Shown here: in pieces, positions 38,097 through 47,128 of the stretch
Layout: the number at the start of each line of letters is the position of its first letter
Position numbering within the stretch: the stretch's first letter is position 1
Assembly: GCA_023398335.1 (NCBI GenBank)
Contig: JAEWSJ010000006.1
Coordinates: 1,881 to 65,880 of the forward strand
Length of the DNA stretch: 64,000 bases
Direction of reading: 5' to 3'
Origin: Bacillota bacterium
Lineage (GTDB): Bacteria > Bacillota_I > Bacilli_A > RFN20 > CAG-288
Translations under genes and position numbers: made by a program
The notes under the pieces: model-generated
Database searches by the model: none
Told to the model about the DNA's origin: nothing
Seen by the model: the letters and a program-made list of their open reading frames with translations, nothing else

Positions 38097-38612
38097 ATGA
38101 AAAAGAACAAAGTATCAGATTCCATTCAATTATCAACTGCGAAGAAAAAGTTTATCTCTAGATTTGCTGGATGTCTTTTATATGCTCTTCTTAGTTTAGC
38201 AATTGGCATCTTTTATTTAGTAGGATTAAGTGGTTTTCCTCTTGAGATAATGGAAGGGGTGGTTTATTCGTTATTTACTATTCTTACCACTGTATTTTTA
38301 GTTCACTTTTCTTATCATTATGGTTGTAAGATTAATTTTGTTTTTGGTTTGCTATTTGCGTTTATTGCTTTAGCTTATTCATTAACTTTCTTTATTACTA
38401 TATATATCCTTCAATATGGCGTTTCTGATCCGGAGATATATACAAAAGAGATATCATTCTGTTTTGTTAGTTTAATTATCTCATGGTTCTTAGGTCTTGT
38501 TGCTTCTATCACTTGTCCAGTCCCGGATTTACCTGAAAAAGAAATATCGCGAAATCCAGATGAAGTTGATTTAAATAAAATTACTCCAAGAAGAAAAAAT
38601 AAGGGCAAATAA
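38097..38612 (+). CDS. Hypothetical membrane protein
   Basis: 171 aa with 4 predicted TM helices. It occupies the cotE position of the B. subtilis ymcB-ymcA-cotE-mutS-mutL locus. Confidence 0.45.
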   Translation: MKKNKVSDSIQLSTAKKKFISRFAGCLLYALLSLAIGIFYLVGLSGFPLEIMEGVVYSLFTILTTVFLVHFSYHYGCKINFVFGLLFAFIALAYSLTFFITIYILQYGVSDPEIYTKEISFCFVSLIISWFLGLVASITCPVPDLPEKEISRNPDEVDLNKITPRRKNKGK

Positions 38613-38656
38613 CATTGCCTTTTTTGTTATAATACTTATGTTAAGAGAGATTAATT

Positions 38657-41212
38657 ATGTCAAAAGAAAATAAAGAAGCAAAGAAACCTACTTATACACC
38701 AATGATGGAACAATATCTTAAAATAAAGGAAAAGCATCCTGATATTTTAATCATGTTTAGACTAGGTGATTTCTATGAGATGTTCTTTGAAGATGCTAAA
38801 GTAGCTTCTAAAGAATTACAGCTTTATTTAACCGGTAAATCCGCCGGTCAAAAAGATAAAGTTCCAATGTGTGGTATTCCTCACCATGCATATCTTTCTT
38901 ACGTGCAAAAACTCATTGATAAAGGCTATAAAGTTGGCATTGTTGAGCAATTAGAAGACCCACGTTTTGCTAAGAAATTAGTTGAAAGAGATGTGGTTCA
39001 AATTATTACTCCAGGCGCTAATCTTGAACTTAAGAGTTCAGAAAATAATTACATTGCTTCCTTAATTGATTGCAAATATTTATATGTGGTCGCATTAGCG
39101 GATTTATCAACAGGAGAAATTCTTGTACTTAATATTAACCATACATATGAAGATGTTGTTTCTCAACTTGTTAATTACGATGTAAAAGAAGTAGTAATAT
39201 CAACTTCTTTAGACGCTTCTTTAATTGCTTTAATTAAAGAAAACACAAAGATATGTGTCACGTATTCGAATAATGATTTTATCGAATTAACTTATGAACC
39301 GTTATTTGCATATATAAAAGATGATCGCCAAATGACTGCGGTAGCTAAATTGATGAATTATTTTAATGAAACTCAAAAAAGAGAATTGGATTATTTTAAA
39401 CCAGCAAAGAACAAAATACTTAATAAAGTATTAAAGATCGATCATTCTTCACGCGTTAATCTTGAATTAACGAAGAATTTAAAAGGCGAAGGAAGTTACG
39501 GTACTTTATATTGGTTGCTAAATGAATGTAAGACTCCGATGGGTTCTCGTCTTTTAAAAGCTGAAATAGATGAACCTTCTTCAGATATAAATGCTATTAA
39601 TAATCGACTTGATATGGTTGAAACGCTTATCAATAATTTTTTAATCCGTGGCGATTTACAAAATGAATTAGATGAAATTTACGATTTAGATCGTCTAGTG
39701 GCGCGAGTTGGTTTTGATTCGTGCTCAGGACGTGAAATGCTTCAACTTAAAAAATCCTTATCTATAGTACCTCAAATCAAGGATACTTTATTCTCGTTAA
39801 ATTCACATTATTTTGATGAATTAATGTCTTCAATGGGAGATTTTAACGAACTAGTTGATACGTTAGAGAAGGCGATTTCACCTAACTGTCCTTTATCAAT
39901 TAAAGAAGGTGGGATATTTAATTTGGGTTATAATTCCGCTCTTGATGAAGTGATAAAAATGTCAACCAATGGAAAAGCTTGGTTAGTTGATTTAGAAAAG
40001 AAAGAAAAAGAAAAAACGGGAATTAAGACTTTAAAAGTTGGTTATTCTAAAATATTCGGTTATTACATCGAAGTCAGTGTTGGAGCTTTAAGTCAAGTTA
40101 AGCCTGAATTTGAATATATTCGTAAACAAACTCTTACGACTGGTGAAAGATTTATAACCAAAGAACTTAAAGAAGCGGAAGATAAGATTTTGCATGCGGA
40201 AGAAACTAGACTCGATTTAGAATATAAGTTATTCCAAGAACTTCGTTTATACGTTAAAAAATATACGCGTTCAATTCAAACCTTATCATACGCAATTGCT
40301 AAACTAGATGTTTTAGTATCTTTAGCTTCGGTTTCATCATCATCTTCTTATGTTCGTCCAGTATTTAATGATGAAAGAACAATTGATATTAAAAATGCTT
40401 TACACCCAGTAATTGAAAAAGTAATGCCAGAGAAACAATTCGTCGCTAACGATTATAAGATTGATAAAGATATGGAAGTATTAATAATTACCGGTCCTAA
40501 TATGGGTGGTAAATCTACATATATGAGAGAATTTGCTTTACTAGTAATTATGGCTCAACTTGGTTGTTTTGTTCCAGCTTCATCTTGTTTATTATATGTT
40601 TTTGATTCAATCTACACACGTATTGGTGCCTCAGATGATTTAATCAAAGGGCAATCGACTTTTATGGTTGAAATGTCTGAAACAAATCGGGCCTTACAAA
40701 ATGCCACATCTTCTTCATTATTGCTTTTTGATGAAATTGGTCGTGGAACTGCAACATATGATGGTATGGCTTTAGCTCAAGCAATTATTGAATATATAGT
40801 AACAAAGATTCATGCAGTTACTTTGTTTTCAACCCATTACCATGAAATTACTTCGTTAGTATCCAATATACCTTCGGTTTCAAATATTCATGTTGCGGTC
40901 AAAGAAAACGATGGATTAATTACATTTTTATATAAAGTTCAAGAAGGACCGATGGATAAATCATATGGTATCAATGTTGCTCGTTTAGCTGGATTACCAG
41001 AAGAATTACTTGAAAGAGCAAATGAAATATTGACTCACTTTGAAGACAACAAGAGAATCGATGCTCCTTTAATCAAAAAGACTGAAGTTAAAAAAGAAGA
41101 TTCTTCTCCGTCTGATGAAATTATCAAAGATTTGAAGAAAGTTGATCCGTTAACTATGTCTCCTTTAGAAGCGTTAAATTTAATCTTTGAATTAAAAAAG
41201 AAAGTGAAATAA
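38657..41212 (+). CDS. mutS: DNA mismatch repair protein MutS
   Basis: 851 aa. Mismatch-binding domain, GPNMGGKST Walker A and C-terminal dimerisation region. Confidence 0.9.
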   Translation: MSKENKEAKKPTYTPMMEQYLKIKEKHPDILIMFRLGDFYEMFFEDAKVASKELQLYLTGKSAGQKDKVPMCGIPHHAYLSYVQKLIDKGYKVGIVEQLEDPRFAKKLVERDVVQIITPGANLELKSSENNYIASLIDCKYLYVVALADLSTGEILVLNINHTYEDVVSQLVNYDVKEVVISTSLDASLIALIKENTKICVTYSNNDFIELTYEPLFAYIKDDRQMTAVAKLMNYFNETQKRELDYFKPAKNKILNKVLKIDHSSRVNLELTKNLKGEGSYGTLYWLLNECKTPMGSRLLKAEIDEPSSDINAINNRLDMVETLINNFLIRGDLQNELDEIYDLDRLVARVGFDSCSGREMLQLKKSLSIVPQIKDTLFSLNSHYFDELMSSMGDFNELVDTLEKAISPNCPLSIKEGGIFNLGYNSALDEVIKMSTNGKAWLVDLEKKEKEKTGIKTLKVGYSKIFGYYIEVSVGALSQVKPEFEYIRKQTLTTGERFITKELKEAEDKILHAEETRLDLEYKLFQELRLYVKKYTRSIQTLSYAIAKLDVLVSLASVSSSSSYVRPVFNDERTIDIKNALHPVIEKVMPEKQFVANDYKIDKDMEVLIITGPNMGGKSTYMREFALLVIMAQLGCFVPASSCLLYVFDSIYTRIGASDDLIKGQSTFMVEMSETNRALQNATSSSLLLFDEIGRGTATYDGMALAQAIIEYIVTKIHAVTLFSTHYHEITSLVSNIPSVSNIHVAVKENDGLITFLYKVQEGPMDKSYGINVARLAGLPEELLERANEILTHFEDNKRIDAPLIKKTEVKKEDSSPSDEIIKDLKKVDPLTMSPLEALNLIFELKKKVK

Positions 41213-41215
41213 TAT

Positions 41216-43084
41216 ATGGGCCGAATTAATGTTATGTCTCCTGAACTTGCAAATATGATTGCCGCAGGAGAAGTTATTGAAAGACCATCAAGCGTTATTA
41301 AAGAACTAGTTGAAAACAGTATTGATGCTTTATCAACTCAAATTCTTGTTGAAGTTGAAGATGCTGGAAGAAAGCTCATTAAAGTTCAAGATGATGGATG
41401 TGGAATGTCAAAAGAAGATGCTTTATTATCTTTTAAACGTCATGCATCGTCGAAGATTAAGTCGGTTTTTGATTTGATGCGGATTACTTCTTTAGGATTT
41501 AGAGGTGAAGCAGTACCTTCAATTGCTTCTATTAGTAAGGTTAAATGTATAACTTCCGATGGAGTTGAAGGAGCGTTAATTACTTCTACTCCTGAACAAG
41601 AATTAAAAGAAGAAGATTCTTCTTTAAGAAAAGGAACAACGTTTGAAGTAAGAGAATTATTTTTTAATACTCCTGCTCGTTTGAAATACTTAAAAAGCGA
41701 TAAGACAGAGAATTCTTCTTCGATTGAAGTAGTTGAACATCTGGCAATGTGTTACCCTTCAATATCCTTTACTCTTTTTATCGATGGTAAATTAATTTTT
41801 AAGACCAATGGTCGTGGTGACTTACTTGAGGCGATTGCGAGTATATACGGATTAGAAAACGCAAAAAAAATGTTACCAGTAAAATACGAAGGTGATTCCT
41901 TCTCATTTACGGGTTATATTTGTCATCCTTCTGTCTCTTATTCAACCCGTTACGATATTTTAACCTTCTTAAACTCTCGTAGTGTTTATGTACCAAAAAT
42001 ACAAAAGGCGATTGTTGATGGATATAAGGATTATCTACCTCCAAATAGATATCCTTTAGTCGTGCTTTCACTTGAGGTAGATTACTCACTTGTTGATGTT
42101 AATGTCCATCCAACTAAACGAGAGGTAAGACTATCTATTGAAGATGAAATATCTCAAGTTTTATATAAAGCCATAAAGAATACCCTGGTTCAAACTCGTA
42201 ATAATTTTGCATCAGTTAAAATTCCAGAAGTATCGGGAATGTCGATTTTAGATAAAAAAGAGGATTTAACTTCTTCTTCATTTGAAAATACGCCTTTTAA
42301 CGTTGAAGAAACAAAAAAAGATAATCAAGAAGAAGTAAAAGATGATGCTTCAAAGAATCTTTTTGATTTGTTTGAGGATGAATCAAAATCCTTAACCCCA
42401 TATGCTTCAACTCCTTTAATTGAAAGACCATTTAAAGTTTCGGATTCACATGGTTATAAAGAAGAAGCAACTAAAAAAGTTATTTTTGAAGAAAAAGTCA
42501 ATTTTCCAGAAATCTATCCGTTAGGTCAAGTTTTGGAAACGTATATTATTTGTGATTCAGAAGATGGTCTTTATATTGTTGATCAACACGCAGCAGCGGA
42601 ACGCATTAACTTTGAAAAATGCGAAGAAGAATTTAAGACAAAAAAAGATCGTGTAGTTCCACTATTTCCAGTAGTTATTGAACTACCATATTCCGCTTAT
42701 AATAATTATGATGAAAAACATATTGAAGCTTTGAAGGAATTTAATATTTATACTTCACATTTTGGTGGAAATACTATAAGAGTAGATGAAATACCATCCT
42801 TCCTTCAAGATAAAGATGATAATTCAGTTTTAAATGACATTATCTTAGAAGTTTTAAAAGATAACACAGTTAATCTTGAAGCGATTGAGCGTCTTTCGAT
42901 TGCGTCTAAAGCTTGTAAGATGTCAATAAAAGCGAATCATCAACTTACACATGAGCAACAAGTATCATTATTAAAACAACTTAGTGTTTGTCATAATCCA
43001 TTAAATTGTCCGCATGGAAGACCAACGATAATTAAGATATCCAAATATGATATTGAAAAGTTATTTAAACGTACGGGATTTTAA
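41216..43084 (+). CDS. mutL: DNA mismatch repair protein MutL
   Basis: 622 aa. GHKL ATPase N-terminus (ELVENSIDA, DDGCGM) and a C-terminal endonuclease-type domain (DQHAAAERI). Confidence 0.9.
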   Translation: MGRINVMSPELANMIAAGEVIERPSSVIKELVENSIDALSTQILVEVEDAGRKLIKVQDDGCGMSKEDALLSFKRHASSKIKSVFDLMRITSLGFRGEAVPSIASISKVKCITSDGVEGALITSTPEQELKEEDSSLRKGTTFEVRELFFNTPARLKYLKSDKTENSSSIEVVEHLAMCYPSISFTLFIDGKLIFKTNGRGDLLEAIASIYGLENAKKMLPVKYEGDSFSFTGYICHPSVSYSTRYDILTFLNSRSVYVPKIQKAIVDGYKDYLPPNRYPLVVLSLEVDYSLVDVNVHPTKREVRLSIEDEISQVLYKAIKNTLVQTRNNFASVKIPEVSGMSILDKKEDLTSSSFENTPFNVEETKKDNQEEVKDDASKNLFDLFEDESKSLTPYASTPLIERPFKVSDSHGYKEEATKKVIFEEKVNFPEIYPLGQVLETYIICDSEDGLYIVDQHAAAERINFEKCEEEFKTKKDRVVPLFPVVIELPYSAYNNYDEKHIEALKEFNIYTSHFGGNTIRVDEIPSFLQDKDDNSVLNDIILEVLKDNTVNLEAIERLSIASKACKMSIKANHQLTHEQQVSLLKQLSVCHNPLNCPHGRPTIIKISKYDIEKLFKRTGF

Positions 43085-43089
43085 AATAA

Positions 43090-44625
43090 ATGATATATGT
43101 TATTTTAGGTCAAACGGCCTCTGGTAAAACAGGAGTAAGTTTGGAATTATGTCGAAAGTTTAATTTACCACTTATTGGGGCGGATACTTTTCAAATGTAT
43201 CAAGAATTAAATATTGGATCGGCTAAACCAACCAAAAAAGAATTAGAAGGAATTGATTATCACCTTATTAATGATATTTCAGTAACTGACAAGATGTCCG
43301 TGATGGAGTATCAAAGAAAGGCACGTGCTTTATTAGATAAATATATAAAAGAAGGACAAGATATCATTCTTTCAGGTGGAACATTTTTATATGTTCGTGC
43401 GGCGTTATATCCTTATGAATTTAAAGAAGAAAGAGAAGATAATAACGAAGAAAAATATTCCAACTTTTCAAATGAAGAATTATATCAAAAATTAGTTGAA
43501 GTAGATAAAGAATCTGCGGATATATTACATCCAAATAATCGCCGAAGAGTAATAAGAGCTTTAGAAATATTTGATTCTGGAGTTAAAAAAAGTGATATTC
43601 GAATTAAGAAGCCTAAACTTATGTATCCTTGTAAATTCTTTATGATAGATATTGATAAAGATGAAGGCAATGAGAAAATTAATGCTCGCGTTGATGAAAT
43701 GGTTGAAAAAGGATTGTTTGATGAAGTTGATGAATTGATCAAACAATACGATACTTCTTCTCAAGCGTTTGAAGCGATTGGTTATAAAGAAATAATTCGT
43801 GGTATAAAAGAAAATAAGACTAGAGAAGAAATTATCGAAGAAATTAAATTAGATACTAGACAATATGCGAAAAGACAAAGAACATTTTTAAGACATCAAT
43901 TTGAAAATATTCATATTGGTAAAAAGCAAGAGATTGAAGAATATATTTCCTATGATATTCAAAGACGAAAAAGAAATAAAGCTTCAATAGATCCTTTGAT
44001 TTTAGCTCGAATTGAGAAGTCCAAAGTGGCGTTAATTGGTGTTGGCGGAGTAGGAAGTATTGTTGCTTCTTCTTTGCTACGCTTAGGTGTTAGTAATTTA
44101 ACTTTAATCGATAAAGATGTAGTAGATGTTTCAAATTTAAATCGTCAGATTATTTATGATAAAGACGATATCGGCTTAATAAAAGTGGAACAAGCTAAAA
44201 AGCATTTACATAAAATTGATCCGCACGCTTTGATTAACGTTGTTGCGGATTTGTATTCAAATAGTTATCTTGATGAAAGTTTTGATTTTGTGTTCGATTG
44301 CATTGATGATGTTGATGCTAAATGTGAAATATATAAATTTTGTAAAGATAATAATATCAAAGTAATTCATGCGACTGGTAGTGGATTAAGAATTGATTCC
44401 ACCAAGTTTGTTTTAGGAACTTTAAATGAGACGAGTGAGCCGCTATCAAAGAAGTTTAAACGTTTCTTAAAAGAAAAATATGGTGGAGTTGATTTGTCAT
44501 TAATTAATGTTGCGTACTCAAAAGAAACCAATGTAAAAAGAAGAACTGAATATATTGGCTCGAATGTTTCCGCTCCAAACGGAGAAGGGTTGGCGATGAT
44601 TTCATATTTTATCCGTAATATTTAA
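43090..44625 (+). CDS. miaA: Fusion protein: tRNA dimethylallyltransferase (MiaA) N-terminal domain plus ThiF/MoeB-family tRNA threonylcarbamoyladenosine dehydratase (TcdA/CsdL-like) C-terminal domain
   Basis: 511 aa in one continuous frame. Residues 1 to about 297 carry the MiaA P-loop GQTASGKT and a conserved core. Residues from about 310 carry the E1-like Rossmann motif ALIGVGGVGS...LTLIDKDVVDVSNLNRQI, colinear with E. coli TcdA. Confidence 0.8.
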   Translation: MIYVILGQTASGKTGVSLELCRKFNLPLIGADTFQMYQELNIGSAKPTKKELEGIDYHLINDISVTDKMSVMEYQRKARALLDKYIKEGQDIILSGGTFLYVRAALYPYEFKEEREDNNEEKYSNFSNEELYQKLVEVDKESADILHPNNRRRVIRALEIFDSGVKKSDIRIKKPKLMYPCKFFMIDIDKDEGNEKINARVDEMVEKGLFDEVDELIKQYDTSSQAFEAIGYKEIIRGIKENKTREEIIEEIKLDTRQYAKRQRTFLRHQFENIHIGKKQEIEEYISYDIQRRKRNKASIDPLILARIEKSKVALIGVGGVGSIVASSLLRLGVSNLTLIDKDVVDVSNLNRQIIYDKDDIGLIKVEQAKKHLHKIDPHALINVVADLYSNSYLDESFDFVFDCIDDVDAKCEIYKFCKDNNIKVIHATGSGLRIDSTKFVLGTLNETSEPLSKKFKRFLKEKYGGVDLSLINVAYSKETNVKRRTEYIGSNVSAPNGEGLAMISYFIRNI

Positions 44626-44679
44626 GTGTATAATAAAATTATCTTGTTGATATAAATAAAAAAACTTAGGAGGCTTTAT

Positions 44680-46293
44680 ATGAAATTAGAGAAAATTACT
44701 AAGATTGCTAAAAAGTTGGGATTATCTTCGGATGAGATTATTCCATATGGCTATGATAAAGCAAAAATAGATTTGAAAGAGATTAAGAAAAAATCTGATT
44801 CAAAACTTGTTTTGGTGACCGCAATTACTCCTACAAAAGCGGGAGAAGGTAAAACTACAACTTCAATTGCTTTAGCTGATGGTTTGTCTTATCTTGGACA
44901 AAATGTGTGCTTGGCATTAAGAGAACCTTCTTTAGGTCCGGTTTTTGGTATGAAAGGTGGTGCGACTGGCGGCGGTAAAGTTACAGTTGAGCCACATGAA
45001 GACATCAATTTGCACTTCACTGGTGATATGCACGCCTTAACATCTTCAATAAATTTGATTTCAGCTTGTATTGATAATTCAATCTTCCAAGGTAATCCAT
45101 TAAATATCAATCCGGAGCGTGTTACTTGGAAACGTGCAATGGATATGAACGACAGAGCATTAAGAGAAATTACTGTTGCTCAAGGTAATAAAAATGGTGT
45201 TGTTAGAAAAGATGGCTTTGTTATTACCGTTGCTAGTGAAATGATGGCAATTATGTGCTTAGCTAAAGATGAAAAAGATTTTAAGGCTAGATTAGCGCGT
45301 ATTATTGTTGCGTATACTTATGATGATAAACCTTTAACGGTAAAAGATTTACAAATTTGTAATGCGGTTTTAAAATTGATGAAGAATGCTTTAAAACCAA
45401 ATTTAGTTCAAACCTCATATCATACTCCTGCAATTATTCACGGTGGTCCATTTGCTAATATTGCTCATGGATGTAACTCGATTATTGCCACCTCAACCGC
45501 TTTATCTCTTTCTGATATTGTTGTTACGGAAGCGGGGTTCGGTGCTGATTTAGGTGCGGAAAAATTCTTGGATATAAAATGTCAAGAAGCTGGTCTGAAA
45601 CCTGATCTTTGTGTTATGGTTGCAACTGTTAGAGCTTTGAAACTTCATGGTGGAGAAGATGAAAAACTTCTTGATGAAGAAAACCTTGAAGCTTTAAAAA
45701 ATGGTATGTCAAATCTTGAAAGACATCTGGAAAATATTAAGAAATATGGTTTGGATGTAGTTGTAAATATTAATGTCTTTGCGACTGATGCGCAAAATGA
45801 AATTGAATATGTTAAAAAATGGTGTGATAATCACTCATATAAAGTCGCTATTAACGATGCTTTCGCCAAAGGTGTTAAGGGCGCTATTGATATTGCAAAA
45901 TTAGTTATTGATGAGCTTTATACTTCACCAAAATCTTCCTATCATCCGCTTTATACTAAAGATATGTCATTAGAAGATAAGATCGAGAAGGTTTGTAAGG
46001 AAATTTATCGTGCAAATGAAGTTATCTATTCTGAGGAAGCTAAGAAAGACTTAGCTTTATTACATAAGATGGGATGTGATGATTATTACGTTTGTATGGC
46101 TAAGACTCCTTTGTCATTTAGCGATGATCCACATATAAAAGGTGCTCCAAATAATTTTACTATTCATATTAGAAATATCAATATTTCCGCAGGATCAAAA
46201 TTTATCGTTCCGATAACAGGAGCAATTATGACTATGCCAGGACTTCCAAAGGTTCCTGCTGCTGTAAAAATGGAAAGTGAAAACGATGATTGA
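44680..46293 (+). CDS. fhs: Formate--tetrahydrofolate ligase
   Basis: 537 aa. PTKAGEGKTTT motif. Confidence 0.9.
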   Translation: MKLEKITKIAKKLGLSSDEIIPYGYDKAKIDLKEIKKKSDSKLVLVTAITPTKAGEGKTTTSIALADGLSYLGQNVCLALREPSLGPVFGMKGGATGGGKVTVEPHEDINLHFTGDMHALTSSINLISACIDNSIFQGNPLNINPERVTWKRAMDMNDRALREITVAQGNKNGVVRKDGFVITVASEMMAIMCLAKDEKDFKARLARIIVAYTYDDKPLTVKDLQICNAVLKLMKNALKPNLVQTSYHTPAIIHGGPFANIAHGCNSIIATSTALSLSDIVVTEAGFGADLGAEKFLDIKCQEAGLKPDLCVMVATVRALKLHGGEDEKLLDEENLEALKNGMSNLERHLENIKKYGLDVVVNINVFATDAQNEIEYVKKWCDNHSYKVAINDAFAKGVKGAIDIAKLVIDELYTSPKSSYHPLYTKDMSLEDKIEKVCKEIYRANEVIYSEEAKKDLALLHKMGCDDYYVCMAKTPLSFSDDPHIKGAPNNFTIHIRNINISAGSKFIVPITGAIMTMPGLPKVPAAVKMESENDD

Positions 46294-47080
46294 ATTATTA
46301 GGTGCTCCAGTAAGAAAAGAATTAATAGCTGATTTAGAACAAAAAATTAAAGATAATAATATTATCGAACCAGTATTTATCTATAATCCGGCTTCTTTTG
46401 AAGCTTCTAGTTATATTGCAATGATTCGTAAATTATGCGATAAACTTGGGCTTAAATGTATAGATAATCAAGTAGCTTCTTTTGAAGAAACTCAAGAAAA
46501 AATACTTGAAGCTAATAAAAATCCAAAAGCGTCAATTTTCTTAGCTCGTCCTTTAATGTTTAAAGGTGAAAAAGAATTAATTAGTTTGATTGATGAAGAC
46601 AAAGATGCAGATATGTTAACTTATTCCAATAGCGGTCATTTGGTTCAAGGTGATATTAATTATTTGCCTGGTACGGCTTCTTCTGTTAATAGATTGTTAG
46701 ATTATTACCATATTGAGTGTGAAGGAAAAAAATGTTTAATTATTGGTCGCTCCATCTCCGTTGGAATGCCAATTAGTTTAATGATGATTAAACGTAATGC
46801 TTTAGTTAGTGTTGTCCATTCACGAATTAAGAAAGAGACGATTAAACAGTATGCTGCTGCTTCCGATATTATTGTTTTGTGCTCTGGTCAAAGAGGCTTA
46901 ATTGAAGAAAAAGATTTATCTTCTTCCCAAGTAATTATTGATTGCGGTTATTTAGAAGATGGTAAGGGAGATCTCGGTTTTGTCCCATCTTCTGTGGCGG
47001 CTTTTACTCCTGTCCCAGGAGGTGTCGGTCCACTGACGATTGCTTCTTTACTTTCTAACGCCTATTTTCTTAAAAAATAA
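46277..47080 (+). CDS. folD: Bifunctional 5,10-methylene-THF dehydrogenase/cyclohydrolase
   Basis: 267 aa. IIGRSISVGMP and PVPGGVGPLTIASLL FolD signatures. The start may be at 46286. Confidence 0.8.
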   Translation: MKTMIELLGAPVRKELIADLEQKIKDNNIIEPVFIYNPASFEASSYIAMIRKLCDKLGLKCIDNQVASFEETQEKILEANKNPKASIFLARPLMFKGEKELISLIDEDKDADMLTYSNSGHLVQGDINYLPGTASSVNRLLDYYHIECEGKKCLIIGRSISVGMPISLMMIKRNALVSVVHSRIKKETIKQYAAASDIIVLCSGQRGLIEEKDLSSSQVIIDCGYLEDGKGDLGFVPSSVAAFTPVPGGVGPLTIASLLSNAYFLKK

Positions 47081-47091
47081 ATATATAAAGT

Positions 47092-47128
47092 AACTCCGGA
47101 ATACCTATATGATATGAAGGAGTTTTTT
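47092..47128 (+). terminator. Weak terminator-like hairpin after folD that overlaps the RBS of the next gene
   Basis: AACTCC (47092-47097) pairs with GGAGTT (47119-47124) across a 21 nt loop and is followed by a T6 run. The GGAG of the 3' arm is the SD for ATG at 47129. Confidence 0.3.
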
